Shown here: positions 1 through 12,445 of the stretch, piece by piece
How positions within the stretch are numbered: the stretch's first letter is position 1
Layout of the letters: the number at the start of each line of letters is the position of its first letter
Assembly: GCA_030390025.1 (NCBI GenBank)
Contig: CM059432.1
Span: 7,688,001 to 7,752,000 of the forward strand
Origin: Squalus acanthias
Taxonomy: Eukaryota
Direction: 5' to 3'
Length of the DNA: 64,000 bases
Notes under the pieces: model-generated
Databases searched by the model: none
Told to the model about the DNA's origin: nothing
The model's input: only the letters and a program-made list of their open reading frames with translations
Program-made: the position numbers and the translations under genes

Positions 1-135
1 ATAGGTGCTTCCTATCCACTCTATCTGGGCCCCTCATAATTTTATACACCTCAATTAAGTCTCCGCTCAGCATCCTCTGTTCCAAAAAAAACCCCCAGCC
101 CATCCAATCTTTCCTCTTGGCTAAAATTCCCAGTC
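1..135 (-). mobile_element. CR1-type LINE 3' ORF2 fragment (antisense), truncated by window edge
   Basis: Reverse complement closely resembles the CR1 copy at 62650-62800 (GLDRVDRK region). Confidence 0.8.
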
Positions 136-2003
136 CTGAGGATTGGGAGCAGTTTAGGATTCAGCAAAGGAGGACAAAGGGATTAATTAAGAGGGGGGAA
201 ATAGAGTACGAGCGAAAGCTTGTAGGGAACATAAAAACTGACTGTAAAAGCCTTTATAAATATGTGAAGAGAAAAAGATTGGTGAAGTCAAGCATAGGTC
301 CCTTGCAGTCAGAATCAGGGGAATTTATAATGGGGAACAAAGAAATTGCAGACCAATTAAATACATACTTTGGCTCTGTCTTCACAAAGGAGAACACAAA
401 TAACCTCCCAGAGATGTCGTGGAACATAGGGTCTAATGAGAGGGAGGAACTGAATGAAATCAGTATTTGTAGGGAAATGGTGTTAGGGAAATTGACGGCA
501 TTAAAGGCCGATAAATCCCCAGGGACTGATAATCTACATCCTAGGGTACTTAAGGAAGTGGCCCTAGAAATAGTAGATGCATTGCTGGTCATCTTCCAAA
601 ATTCTATAGACTCTGGAACAGTTCCCATGGATTGGAGGGTAGCTAATGTTACCCCACTGTTCAAAAAAGGTGGTAAAGAAAAAACGGGGAATTATAGACC
701 GGTAAGCCTGACATCGGTACTGGGGAAAATGCTAGAGTCCATTATAAAAGATGTAATAGCAGAGCACTTGGAAAACAGTGACAGGATTGGACAAAGTCAA
801 CATGGATTTACAAAAGGTAAATCGTGCTTGACTAATCTACTGGAATTTTTTGAGGATGTAACTGATAGAATAGATAAGGGAGAACCAGTGGATGTGGTGT
901 ATTTGGACTTTCAGAAGGCTTTCGATAAGGTCCCGCATAAGAGATTAGCGTGTAAAGTTAAGGCACATGGGATTGGGGGAAAGGTACTGACTTGGATAGA
1001 GAACTGGTTGGCAGACAGGAAGCAAAGAGTTGGAATAAACGGGTCTTTTTCCGAGTGGCAGGCAGTGACTAGTGGGGTTCCGCAGGGATCGGTCCTAGGA
1101 CCCCAGCTATTCACTATATATATTAATGATCTAGATGAGGGAACTAGATGTAATATCTCCAAGTTTGCAGACGACACAAAGCTGGGTGGGCGTGTGTGCT
1201 GTGAGGAGGATGCCGAGAAACTCCAGTGTGATTTGGACAGGTTGGGTGATTGGGCAGAAGCATGGCAGATGCAGTATAATGTGGATAAATGCAAGGTTAT
1301 CCACTTTGGTGGCAAAAACAGAAAGGCAGATTATTATCTGAACGGCAATAGATTGGGAGAAGGGGAAGTGCAACGAGACCTGGGTGCCCTTGTGCACCAG
1401 TCGCTGAAGGTAAGCATGCAGGTACAGCAGGCGGCTAAGAAGGCAAATGGTATGTTGACCTTCGTAGCGAGAGGGTTTGAGTACAGGAACAAGGATGTCT
1501 TGCTGCAGTTGTACAGGGCCTTGGTGAGACCACACCTTGAGTATTGTGTGCAGTTTTGGTCGACTTATCTGAGGAAGGATGTTCTTGCCATGGAGGGTGT
1601 GCAGCGAAGATTCACCAGACTGATACCTGGGATGGCAGGAATGACGTACGAGGAGAGATTGGGTCGATTGGGCTTATACTCGCTGGAGTTCAGAAGAATG
1701 AGAGGAGATCTCATTGAAACTTATAAAATTCTAACAGGGCTAGACAGACTGGATGCAGGAAGGATGTTCCCGATGGCGGGTGAGTCCAGAACCAGGGGTC
1801 ACAGTCTAAAGATAAGGGGTAAGCCATTTAGGACAGAGATGAGGAGGAATTTCTTCACCCAGAGAGTGGTGAACCTGTGGAATTCTCTACCACAGAAGGC
1901 AGTTGAGGCCAAGTCAGTAAATATATTCAAGAAGGAGTTAGATATATTTCTTAAGGCTAAAGGTATCAAGGGATATGGGGAGAAGGCAGGGACAGGGTAC
2001 TGA
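117..2003 (+). CDS. 5'-truncated CR1 LINE ORF2: reverse transcriptase and C-terminal region, no endonuclease domain
   Basis: 628-aa open frame with [60 protein letters not shown] and WNSLP motifs. The start is a TTG taken from the upstream antisense fragment, so this is not a real gene start. Confidence 0.93.
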   Translation: MAKIPSPEDWEQFRIQQRRTKGLIKRGEIEYERKLVGNIKTDCKSLYKYVKRKRLVKSSIGPLQSESGEFIMGNKEIADQLNTYFGSVFTKENTNNLPEMSWNIGSNEREELNEISICREMVLGKLTALKADKSPGTDNLHPRVLKEVALEIVDALLVIFQNSIDSGTVPMDWRVANVTPLFKKGGKEKTGNYRPVSLTSVLGKMLESIIKDVIAEHLENSDRIGQSQHGFTKGKSCLTNLLEFFEDVTDRIDKGEPVDVVYLDFQKAFDKVPHKRLACKVKAHGIGGKVLTWIENWLADRKQRVGINGSFSEWQAVTSGVPQGSVLGPQLFTIYINDLDEGTRCNISKFADDTKLGGRVCCEEDAEKLQCDLDRLGDWAEAWQMQYNVDKCKVIHFGGKNRKADYYLNGNRLGEGEVQRDLGALVHQSLKVSMQVQQAAKKANGMLTFVARGFEYRNKDVLLQLYRALVRPHLEYCVQFWSTYLRKDVLAMEGVQRRFTRLIPGMAGMTYEERLGRLGLYSLEFRRMRGDLIETYKILTGLDRLDAGRMFPMAGESRTRGHSLKIRGKPFRTEMRRNFFTQRVVNLWNSLPQKAVEAKSVNIFKKELDIFLKAKGIKGYGEKAGTGY

Positions 2004-2104
2004 ATGTGGATGATCAGCCATGATCTCATTGAATGGCGGAGCAGGCTCGAGGGGCCGAATGGCCTACTCCTGCTCCTATCTTCTATGTTTCCATGTTTCT
2101 ATGT
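136..2104 (+). mobile_element. Young CR1 LINE insertion with 3' UTR and (TTCTATGT)n tail
   Basis: ORF2 is followed by GATCAGCCATGATC...GGCCTACTCCTGCTCCT and a short tandem tail at ~2081-2104. Confidence 0.92.
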
Positions 2105-2210
2105 AAGAAGGCGGCTCACCACCACCTTCTCAAGGGCAATTAGGAATGGGCATTGATGCACGACGCCCACGCCAGCGACGCCCACATCCCATAAACGAAT
2201 TTTAAAAAAA
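2105..2210 (+). mobile_element. 3' end of LINE family B (CR1/L2-group)
   Basis: AAGAAGGCGGCTCACCACCACCTTCTCAAGGGCAATTAGG...GACGCCCACATCCC plus A-rich tail, matching the 3' end of 32797-33692. Confidence 0.8.
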
Positions 2211-3435
2211 TTACCCATTAAATTCGCCGCAGAAATTGAAGTCTAATAATAAGTGTAAGTCCCCTTTTAACAATGTGATAATTGTTATTGACTGCCAATC
2301 ATCCTCTCTTGCCCAGAAAGTGAACAATTAAAAGTGTGGAGTCTTATTCTTTCAGGCTTCAATTGCTGTTGGAGATTTTAAAAATGTCAAAATTTAACTT
2401 TTTTCCTTCTTTTTCTTACTTTTCCTGTTTGTGTCTTTCTCTCTCTCTCTTAATCCAATCTTTCTTTCCCTCTCTTTATTTCTCTTTCCGTTCCTGCTTT
2501 GACTCTAATTCACCCGATTTGCTTCTCCACCATTTCTTTCTCAATCATAGAGTCATTGAGTTATACAGCACAGAAAGAGGCCCTTCGGCCCATCGTGTCC
2601 GCGCCGGCCATCAAGCCCTATCTATTCTAATCCCATTTTCCAGCACTTGGTCCGTAGCCTTGTATGCTATGGCGTTTCAAGTGCTCATCTAAATGCTTCT
2701 TGAATGTTGTGAGGGTTCCTGCCTCTACCACCCTTTCAGGCAGTGAGTTCCAGATTCCAACCACCCTCTGGGTGAAAAAGTTTTTCCTCAAATCCCCTCT
2801 AAACCTCCTGCCCCTTACCTTGAAACTATGCCCCCTGGTTATTGACCCCTCTACTAAGGGGAAAAGTTCCTTTCTATTGACCCTATCTATGCCCCTCATA
2901 ATTTTGTATACCTCAATCAGGTCCCCCATCAGCCTTCTCTGCTCCAAGGAAAACAACCCCAGCCTGTCCAGTCTCTCTTCATAGCTGAAACGCTCCAGCC
3001 CAGGTAACATCCTGGTGAATCTCCTCTGCACCCTCTCCGATGCAATCACATCCTTCCTATAGTGTGGCGACCAGAACTGCGCACACTATTCCAGCTGTGG
3101 CCTAACTAGCGTTTTGTACAGCTCCATCATAACCTCCCTGCTCTTCTATTCTATGCCTCGGCTAATGAAGGCAAGTATCCCATATGCCTTCTTAACCACC
3201 TTATCTACCTGTCCTGCTGCCTTCAGGGATTTATGTACATGCAAATCTCATTGGTTATGGAGATAGACCGCTGGTCCCGTCGCTCACCGAGGTCCCGGAT
3301 GTCCCGCTGTCCTCGCTGTGCCGTTATCAGCGCGCACTTCCAGCAAGTTACATGGCAAAAAAAATTTTGAGCTGAAGGGTGAGGGGAAAACAAGGTGCAC
3401 CGCGCGAGGCCCCTGCTCCAACAAGATCCAGCCCA
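2211..3435. mobile_element. Putative non-autonomous DNA transposon remnant interrupted by a CR1
   Basis: Ends in AGATCCAGCCC, similar to the AAAATCCAGCCC TIR of 21526-22142. The sequence appears to resume after the CR1 at 2545-3243. Confidence 0.45.
2545..3243 (-). mobile_element. CR1 LINE 3' fragment
   Basis: ORF 2627-3049(-) [14 protein letters not shown]...FFTQRVVGIWNSLP, plus 3' UTR. Confidence 0.92.
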
Positions 3436-3587
3436 TTAAATGCGACTTCCTCCGTTAGATTTGTAAGTCTTGCAGCAAGGTTTGATACTTTAAAGTGAAT
3501 GACCCTTCAGGGACTACCTTGTCGAGGAAGAAATTTGATTCAGAAAGCTAATTCTTTTATTTCAGTAAAACTGACTTACGGTACATT

Positions 3588-4660
3588 GGCCGGGATTCTC
3601 TCCTATGGTCCTTCCCCAATTTCCCAGCGGGATCCTGGTGGAGAAAATGGGGGAAAATTCGGATGGTGACTGCCACCTCCGCCACTCCGACCGGAATTTC
3701 CCTTCCTCCGCTGCCGTGACCACCACTGGCCGCCATTTCCCCACTCGCCCCCCTGCAAGTGGCTGCGAGGGCTTGGGGCCCAGGTCCCTGAAGGAATTCC
3801 AGCCCATCCGCCCCACTTACCGCCGCATTTTATAGGCCACCATCTGTGGAGGCGGAGGGTAGGCCTAGGAGACCGCGGTAAAAGGCCTCGAGTTCCTCTG
3901 TTGGAGCGAGAGGGCCTTGGGTTGTCCTCCGTTCCCTCCAGATGCTGCTGAAGCCCTCGGTCTCGGCCAACATCTTCAGGTGGGAGCCTTGACGCCATCT
4001 TCAGGTAGGGTTGGCAACTCGGGTTGGACGTCTTCTTGGAGGTCATCACATGACCTTCCTCCCACAGCCGCCCCGCCTCACACTCACGCCATTGGTCGCC
4101 CGACATGCCAATCCACACGGCGCACCGCCTTCCCACACCAATTGAGAAGGCGATCAGACCCTTTGGCACCTGATTGGATGATTCTTGACCGTCAGTCAAA
4201 CAGCCTTGTTTCCTTGTCTCCAATATTTTTATAACTAATAAATGAAAGTGTTCAAAGGAAATACTTTAAAAAATGTAAATGCACTTGCTGATTTTTCTCC
4301 CCGGGTTTGCTGGCAGCAGTGTGCTAGAGATTACTCTTCAATTCCTGGGGACTCCAGGCCAATCCTGGAGGGTTGGCAAACCCCACCTTCTGGGTGCTGC
4401 CGCTCCTTTGATGTCCCTCGCCATCTCTTCAGCAACGTGCCCACTGCAGCACCACTGGGGTTTTTGCACCCTGGCCCTGACGGACTCACTCTTGGTGGCG
4501 GGAATCCCGCTGGGACCCTACCCTGCGGGCGAGACGAACTCCAACCCATTTTATTTTTTTTGGGTTGGGTTTCAGGCAGATTCGGAGGTGTGGTTTGGAA
4601 GTCCGGTCCCACAGTCTACATTTAAAGGATTTCATTGCGTGGACCCCCTTTGATGTGTGT
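3588..4660. mobile_element. GC-rich composite of probable MITE/DNA-transposon fragments, including an AGGGTTG(G/C)CAAC-ended element at ~4007-4384
   Basis: CpG-rich. AGGGTTGGCAAC at ~4007 and GGTTGGCAAACCC at ~4371-4383 resemble degenerate TIRs. ORFs are low-complexity. Confidence 0.4.
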
Positions 4661-5199
4661 TAACTACGCGACGAGGTTCTATTTGAGCACCAGCACCTCG
4701 CGAATTAATCCAGTACCGTTTCAAATTGTATTTTGTTGCAATTGAGATTGTTAATGTCATTTTTTTTAAATTGGAATGAGCTATTCCCAACTTTAAAATT
4801 CTGAAAATTGGCCTTTATTTATTTCAGCAACTTATTTTCATTTATGAGCATGTTGTATTATATAATTGGCTGTTTTGAGTTCCAGCTCACTGAAGTGCAC
4901 GATCTAGTCATTAATGAGTGAACGGTATCTGTTGGGCGTAATTGCTAGTGGTGGATTAGAGTTGTGTAGAAAGATGTCTATTTTATCCAGGCAGCTCACT
5001 TCTTTCAAGTCGTCACGTAAACTTTCCACCGGTATTTATTTTCCTTGATTGATATAATCTCCTCGGAGATAAATAGTACAAGAAAATCAACTTGTGAAAT
5101 TTACCATGACAACCCACCCCACCCCAAAGAAATCCACATCATTAAACCCATCGAGTTGCATTCCAAATATACACTTTCCATGATTCAGCAAGGCCGAAG

Positions 5200-5878
5200 C
5201 CATGAAGGTGGCGGGACATATTGAGAGAGTGGTTAACAAAGCATATGGGACCTTGGGCTTCATAAATAGAGGTATTGAGTACAAAAGTAGAGAAGTTATG
5301 CAGAACCTTTATAAAGCGCTGGTTAGGCCACAACTGGAGTATTGGGTCCAGTCCTGGTCACCACACTTTAGGAAGGATGTGAAGGCCCTTGAGAGGGTGC
5401 AGAGGAGATTTACCAGAATGGTTCCGGGGATGGGGGATCTGAGCTACAAGGACAGGTTGGAGAAGCTGGATTTGTTTTCATTGGAGCAAAGGAGGTTGAG
5501 GGGTGATTTGATAGAAGTGTACAAGATTATGACGGGTTTGGATAGGCTAGACGGGGAAAGGCTTTTTCCCACTAGTTGATGCTACAAGGACTAGGGGACA
5601 CAGATTTAAGATTTTGGGCAAGAGATACAGGGGGAATGTGAGGAAAAGCTTTTTTACGCAGCGAGTGATGATGACCTGGAACTCGCTGCCGACGGAAGTG
5701 GTGGAAGCGGAGACACTCAATGTTTTCAAGGGGAGACTGGATAGGCACTTGAGGGAAATAAACTTGCAGGGCTATGGGGATAGAGCGGGGGAATGGGACT
5801 GACTGGATTGTTCTACAGAGAGCCGGCACGGACTCGATGGGCCGAATGGCCTCCTTCTGTGCCGTATGACTCTCTGAC
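5200..5878 (+). mobile_element. CR1 LINE 3' fragment
   Basis: ORFs 5202-5579 and 5614-5802 (RPQLEYWVQSWSP, FFTQRV, WNSLP), frameshifted. Confidence 0.92.
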
Positions 5879-6039
5879 TCTGTATTGCTATATAGGTCAC
5901 TTGATCAGTTATGTCAATTTTTATCCTTATAATCTTCCATTCTTAACCAGATATTTCTTGCAGCTCACCAGTAAAGGAGTTCGTTGATGCAGCATGTACT
6001 AGTTTGGTTTGTCTCAACTATCTCCTACAATGCAACAAC

Positions 6040-6150
6040 GTTTCCTACATTATGTCAGTGACGAGACTTCAAAAGTACTTCGTTGGCTGTAAAGCACTTT
6101 GGGATGTCCTGAGGTCGTGAAAGGCGCTGTAGAAATGCAAGTCTTTCTTT
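6040..6150 (+). mobile_element. Deu-SINE 3' tail fragment
   Basis: GTTTCCTACATTA...GGCTGTAAAGCACTTTGGG...AAATGCAAGTCTTTCTTT. Confidence 0.8.
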
Positions 6151-6604
6151 ACAGAGTGAGGCAGGGCCAAAAATCTTAGGCCCAATATTCGTCACCTGTC
6201 CCTGTTGCCGACTGATTCATGCGGAGTTCATTTGAAGTGAGTTCCAGCAGGACGACATCTTTAGGTTGCAATCTCCCTATCGGGCCTCAGTACCGTGGAG
6301 CAGGTGTGCACCAGGTGCTCATGGGGGTGCACTACTGGGCAGCGTTATGCAACAAAGTGGAAGTGTGGGCACATGCCCGGGTCTTAAAAAAGGCAGCAGC
6401 AAACTTAAAGAGCCAAAAAGAATGAGAAGCCCCAGGAGAAAACCAGAAGGATTTTCAACATGGCGCAGGGAACAGCAGATCCAGCACCCACCACCCCGAG
6501 CCAGCTAGACCTGACGTTTCCGGCCTTCTTTGGTAGGGGATGGGGGGTGGTGGGGGATGCGCTGCAAATGTGCCCCCAAACCACCAAAGGCCTCCTCCTT
6601 CGCC

Positions 6605-7880
6605 AGTGTCAGCTGTGGCTCAGTGGGCAGTGCACTCGCCTCTGAATCATGAAGGTTGTGGGTTCAAGTCCCTCTCCAAAGACTTGAGCACATAAAATGC
6701 GAGGTTATCCACTTTGGTGGCAAAAACAGGAAGGCAGATTATTATCTGAACGGCAATAGATTGGGAAAAGGGGAAGTGCAACGAGACCTGGGTGTCCTTG
6801 TGCACCAGTCACTGAAGGTAAGCATGCCGGTGCAGCAGGCGGTTAAGAAGGCAAATGGTATGTTGGCCTTCATAGCGAGAGGATTCGAGTACAAGAGCAA
6901 GGAGGTCTTGCTGCAGTTGTACAGGGCTTTGGTGAGACCACACCTTGAGTATTGTGTGCAGTTTTGGTCGCCTTATCTGAGGAAGGATGTTCTTGCCATG
7001 GAGGGAGTGCAGCGAAGATTCACCAAACTGATACCTGGGATGGCAGGAATGACGTATGAAGAGAGATTGTGTCGATTGGGCTTATATTCGCTAGAGTTTA
7101 GAAGAATGAGAGGGGATCTCATTGAAACTTATAAAATTCTAACAGGACTAGACAGACTAGATGCAGGAAGGATGTTCCCAATGGCGGGGGAGTCTAGAAC
7201 CAGGGGTCACAGTCTAAGGATAAGAGGTAAGCCATTTAGGACTGAGATGAGGAGGAATTTCTTCACCCAGAGAGTGGTGAACCTGTGGAATTCTCTACCA
7301 CAGAAGACAATTGAGTCCAATTCATTAAATATATTCAAGAAGGAGTTAGATATATTTCTTAAGGCTAAGGAGATCAAGGGATATGGGGAGAAAGCAGGGA
7401 CAGGGTACTGAATTTGGATGATCAGCCATGATCTCATTTAATGGCGGAGCAGGCTCGAGGGGCCGAATGGCCTACTCCTGCTCATATCTTCTATGTTTCT
7501 ATGTTAAAGCTAGGCTGACACTCCAGTGCAGAGCTGAGGGAGTGCTGCACTGTTGGAGGTGCCGTCTTTCGGAGGAAGTGTTAAACTGAGGCCCCGTCTG
7601 CCCTCTCAGGTGGATGTAAAAGATCCCATGGTACTATTTCGAAGAAGAGCAGGGGAGTTATCCCCGGTGTCCTGGGCCAATATTTATCCCTTCAACCAAC
7701 ATAACAAAAAGTGATTATCTGGTCATTATCACATTGCTGTTTGTGGGAGCTTGCTGTGCGCAAATTGGCTGCCACGTGACAACAGTGACTCCACTTCAAA
7801 AATAGTATTTCATTGGCTGTAAAGTACTTTGGGACGTCTTGAGGTCATGAAAGGCGCTATATAAATGCAAGTCTTTCTTT
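6605..7880 (+). mobile_element. Deu-domain tRNA-SINE (SacSINE1/AmnSINE-like) split by a CR1 insertion
   Basis: Head 6605-6693 has A-box TGGCTCAGTGG and B-box GGTTCAAGTCC. The body resumes at 7505 (GCTAGGCTGACACTCC...). Confidence 0.88.
6694..7504 (+). mobile_element. CR1 LINE 3' fragment, same young subfamily as 136-2104
   Basis: ORF 6656-7411 is near-identical to the C-terminus of the 117-2003 ORF. TAAA is duplicated at the junctions. Confidence 0.93.
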
Positions 7881-8054
7881 CCTGACCCCTGTTCTTAATC
7901 CCATGAACTTTCATGGGGCCAGTGGTAGAATTCAATAGGAGGGTGCGATCTGCCGAAATTGTGCTCCTGTGGAACTGCAACCCCAATTTTCTTTAAGGGA
8001 AATTTCGCAAGAGAAACTAGTGCAGTTTCAATGAATGATTGTATTGTATTGTCA

Positions 8055-8895
8055 CAGGAACAGGAGGAGGCCATTCAGCTCCTCGAGACTGTTCCGCTAT
8101 TCAATGAGATCATGGCTGATCTGTATCTTACCTCCATCTATCCGCCTTGGTTCCGTAACCCTTAATACCCTTGCCCAACAAATAGCGATCAATCTCAGTT
8201 TTGAAATTTTCAACTGACCCCCCCCCCCCAGCCTCAATGGCTTCTGAGGGAGTGATTTCCAGATTTCCTCGACCCTTTGTGCTTCCTGACATCACCCCTG
8301 AACTTGCTCTAATTTTAAGGTTACGTTCCCTTGTTCTGGACTCTCCCACCAGAGGAAATAGTTTCTCTCTATCTATCCTATCAACTCCTTTAATCAATTA
8401 GATCAGCCCTTAATCTTCTATACTCGAGGGAACACAAGCTGTCCTCACAATTTAACCCTTTTAGCCACCGTTTCATTCTGGTGATTAGGCACTGCACCCC
8501 TTCCAAAGAGGAAAAAAAAGGAAAGTCTTGCATTTATATAGCGTCTTTCACGACCACCGGACGTCTCAAAGCGTTTTACAGCCAATGAAGTACTTTTTGA
8601 ATGTAGTCACTGTTGTAATGTAGGAAACACGGCAGCCAATTTGCGCACAGCAAGCTCCCACAAACAACAATGTGATAATGACCAGATAATCTGTTTTTTT
8701 GTTATGTTGATTGAGGGATTGATTGTCCAGGACACCGGGGATAATTCCCCTGCTCTTCTTCGAAATAGTGCCATGGGATCTTTTACGTCCACCTGAGAGA
8801 GCAGACGGGGGCCTCGGTTTAACGTCTCATCTGAAAGACGGCACCTCCGACACCTTCCATGGCCAATATATCCTTCCTGAGGTGCGGTGCCCAGG
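8055..8895 (-). mobile_element. CR1 LINE 3' fragment split by a Deu-SINE
   Basis: ORF 8128-8397(-) IKGVDRIDREKLFPLVGESRTR. The CR1 sequence resumes at ~8853 after the SINE. Confidence 0.85.
8512..8852 (-). mobile_element. Deu-SINE, 5'-truncated
   Basis: Reverse complement of the SINE body seen at 9357-9830. Confidence 0.88.
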
Positions 8896-9356
8896 ACTAA
8901 ATCACCAACTACTGTTGCATTGTCACTGGCATCGTTAACATGAAATGGTTTCGGATGTAAAAGGATGCAGTAGACAAAGTGAACCTTGGGTTGTCAGGTT
9001 CTTGATCTGATGGGGCTCATTGCTTATGGCTCGGATCGCTGTAGTATAACTCCAACCTCACAGTGCCCAGGTGATCCACTGGATCCCTTGAGAACTTGTT
9101 TAAACTCATCACGGAATGTTTTCTAACCATAGGGCAGAAGCGATGCTTCCGGCCTGCTCTCTCAGAACATTGTGGGCGTTGCGCTCTGCACAGACACCAA
9201 AGTCAATCCACAGTCTGCTCCTCCGTTGCTGAGCCGAGAGGAACCCACAGCGAGATGGACAGAACCTGGGCTCGCAGGCTGTGCATTGCACTGGATAGAT
9301 ACCAGGTTTACACAACAACAACAGCTTGCATTGATATAGCACCTTTATATAGCACG

Positions 9357-9830
9357 CAGTGTCAGCTGTGGCTCAGTGGGTAGCACTCTCGCCTTCTGAG
9401 TCAGAAGGTTGTGGGTTCAAGTCCCACTCCAGAGACTTGAGCACATAAAGCTAGGCTGACAGTGCAGGGGAGTGCTGAGGGAGCGCTGCACTGTCGGAAG
9501 TGCCGTCTTTCAGATGAGATGTTAAACCGAGGCCCCGTCTGCTCTCTCAGGTGGATGTAAAAGATCCCATGGCACTATTTCGAAGAAGAGCAGGGGAGTT
9601 ATCCCCGGTGTCCTGGGCCAATATTTATCCCTCAACCAACATAACAAAAACAGATTATCTGCTCATTATCACATTGCTGTTTGTGGGAGCTTGCTGTGCG
9701 CAAATTGGCTGCCGCGTTTCCCACATTACAACAGTGACTCCACTTCAAATAGTACTTCATTGACTGTAAAGCGCTTTGAGACATCCGGTGGTTGTGAAAG
9801 ACGCTATAGAAATGCAAGTCTTTCTTTCTT
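9357..9830 (+). mobile_element. Full-length Deu-domain tRNA-SINE
   Basis: Pol III A/B boxes, conserved core GGAGGTGCCGTCTTTC..GATGAG..TTAAACCGAGGCCCCGTCTG, L2-like tail and (TTTC)n. Confidence 0.92.
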
Positions 9831-10835
9831 TTAACATAGTAAAACATCCCAAAGCACTTCACAGGAGCATAATCAGACAGAAACTTGTCACCGAGCCACA
9901 TAAGGAGATATAGGCCCAGAAATTAGGCTCCCTGGCTTCCCGCGGGTGCAAGGATCCCGCGCGCACCTACCTACCGCGCCTGCCGTTGACCTCTAGGCCC
10001 ACGGGGACTTCAGCTCCTGGGCCTCCCCCAACTGCCGGCGCGCAGTGCTTGTGTATCCCAGGGGCGCAGTTAGTGCGATGCGTCCCCTGGGATCAAGTGG
10101 GATATGTAGAGCCAATGGCAGCAGACCATCTTTCATTCATAGATTTGACAGGAAGACCTGCCAAATCTATGAATTGAAATCGGCCCCAAAACAACACCTA
10201 AACTTCAAATAATTTTTTTTAAAAACCATCACATTTTTTAAATAACTATAATTTAAATAAATTAACTACATTAAACAAAAATTAAAATTTTTGAAAAAAT
10301 TAAAATACTTTTTAACAGTGCTAAAAATAAACTTACCTTTCTTTAAAGTATCTAAAAAAGATAAACCTGTTGAAATTTTTTTTAAATTGTAATTAATTAA
10401 CCACTTACCTCGTTAAAAACGGGTCTTGCGCCTCCTTTTTAAAAGTGCAGGTTCTTCAATACTTACCTTCCGGAGAAACCTGAAAAAAAAACCTAAGTTC
10501 GCTGCGTGCGCGCAGCCTCTCCCGCGCACGCGGTTCACCTCTGAACCCCTCCCTTCACCAGACCAGAAGTTCCGGTTTCCTGTGCATGCGCAGTGCATGC
10601 AGGAAACCGGCACTTCAGGTGGCCTTACGGGTGAGTACACAGCGCGTACTCACCCGGCAAGTGCCGAATTTTTGGCCCATTAGGGCAGGTGTCCAAAAGC
10701 TTGGTCAAAGAGGTAGGTTTTAAGGAGCGTCCTAAAGGAGGAGAGAGAGGCGGAGAGAATTCCAGAATTTAAGGCCCAGGCAGCTGAAGGCACGGCCGCC
10801 AATGGTGGAACGATGGAAATCGGGAATGTGCAAGA
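9831..10835 (-). mobile_element. L2 LINE 3' end interrupted by a MITE
   Basis: GAGCCACATAAGGAGAT | ATTAGGGCAGGTG.CCAAAAGCTTGG continues across the insert. Matches 14396-14880 and 60884-61475. Confidence 0.8.
9913..10678. mobile_element. Harbinger-type MITE (family M1)
   Basis: Ends GGCCCAGAAATT / AATTTTTGGCCC, 3-bp flanks ATA/ATT, second copy at 17528-18211. Confidence 0.82.
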
Positions 10836-10884
10836 GAACAGAGTACAATGCATACCCAGATATTTACCAGCCATGAAATCAGCA

Positions 10885-11010
10885 TCAAGGGATATGGCGA
10901 TAGGGCCGGTGAATGGAGTTGAGGCAGAAGATCAGCCATGATCTCATTGAATGGCGGAGCAGGCTCGAAGGGCCGAATGGCCTACTCCTGCTCCTATTTC
11001 TTATGTTCTT
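10885..11010 (+). mobile_element. CR1 3' UTR fragment
   Basis: ATCAAGGGATATGG...GATCAGCCATGATC...CTCCTATTTCTTATGTTCTT. Confidence 0.85.
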
Positions 11011-11434
11011 ATTAAGCTGCACTCGACATGCTGGACTTGATGGTCCAAAATGGAATCCAAGCTACTCTACGCAGAGGAGACTAGAGTACATAGCCTTTCC
11101 TCAGGAAGTCATACAGCAGTGAATACCGGCACATGACAGCAGTTAGAGATAAGATAAGCAAAAAACTGGGAATAGGAAGCTGGAGACAACTGCAATCTAA
11201 TATTGAAGTTCATATTTATTCGTCTTGCAATAATGTAAGAAGCTCAGAGACATTGATTGTAATCATTTATCTAAATCCGTATTACAGTTCAGTCATTCAG
11301 CATTTAAATTAATTCACAGGAGATGCTATTAATTGCCTTGCCCTTTCACAGTTCAACAAGCTGGACGGTATTGTTGAGACAAACTAAAATATATGACAAA
11401 GAATTCAAATCAGATTTAATTTTAAATTAAATCG

Positions 11435-11725
11435 AAGCGGCCATAAATATAAGATAGTCACCAATAAATCCAATCGGGAATTCAGGAGAAACTTCTTCAC
11501 CCGGAGAGTGGTGAGAATGTGGAACTCGCTCCCACAGGGAGTGGTTGAGGCGAATAGTATAGATGCATTTAAGGGGAAGCTGGATAAGCACATGAGCGAG
11601 AAAGGAATAGAAGGATATGATGAGATGAAGAGGGGTGGGGAGGAGGCTGGTGTGGAGCATAAACACCGGCACGGACCAGTTGGGCCGAACGGCCTGTTTC
11701 TGTGCCGTGGACTCGATGTAATTCT
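11435..11725 (+). mobile_element. CR1 LINE 3' fragment
   Basis: ORF 11508-11738 VRMWNSLPQGVVEANSIDAFKGKLDK. Confidence 0.85.
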
Positions 11726-12142
11726 GTGTAAGACGTGATTAAATTTTCAGCTAAAGGTTTGAAAGATTGGCAGTAGCGTCACGTAGGTATATCGATCTCC
11801 TGCTGTCACATTCGAAGTAAGGCCAGCCTCTTGCCTGAGATTTATATTGATTTTTAAATAAATGAAATGTTTTGGGGCAGAAAGTGATCAATTCATCAAA
11901 TGAAGCATACTTTGCTGGAAGGAAGGGCCATGTATCATTGTAAAGTTTACTACCTCACCGCTTGCCAAAACAAGACCTAACATGTAACATTATACTGAGG
12001 AGCTCGGATTTAACCCTGATTCTAATGCGAGCACTGAACTTTGCGAATTGAGGATTGCAATTGTAGTCATTTGTTTGCCCCAATTTTTCTCTTTTTCTCT
12101 CTCTCTCTCTCTCTACAAACCTGTCCAGGTTGTTTCTACAGG

Positions 12143-12445
12143 TTACACTGGTGTAGTGGTTATGTTAACTAGATTAGTAATTCTACAAGACTTGGATTAA
12201 TAGGCTGCGAGTTCAAATCCCACCATAGCAATTTGAGTTTAGTTTTGTTTTTAAATCTGGAAATAAAAAGCTGGTATCAGTAAAAGTGACTGTGAAGCTG
12301 TCGGATTGCCATTAAAAACCCTAAATTAGGGAAGAAACCCTGCCGTCCTTACCCGGTCTGGCCTATATGGGACTTGGCTTAACTGCCTATACATGGTTGA
12401 CTCTTAACTGCCCTCTGAAGTGGGCTAGCAGGCCATTCAGTTGTA
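12143..12445 (+). mobile_element. tRNA-derived SINE family B (degenerate)
   Basis: TAGTGGTTATGTT...GAGTTCAAATCC head and GGTCTGGCCTATATG...GGTTGACTCTTAACTGCCCTCTGAA body. Confidence 0.78.

Noticed and set aside
1..140. Antisense CR1 abutting the long sense CR1 as a twin-priming inversion
   Set aside because: The antisense piece is a different subfamily and covers a region already present in the sense copy
3562..4653. Cluster of GC-rich ORFs up to 206 aa
   Set aside because: Stop-poor GC-rich repeat sequence giving low-complexity translations on both strands
9357..9440. tRNA gene-like A/B boxes (also at other SINE heads)
   Set aside because: They run directly into SINE bodies, with no complete cloverleaf or terminator
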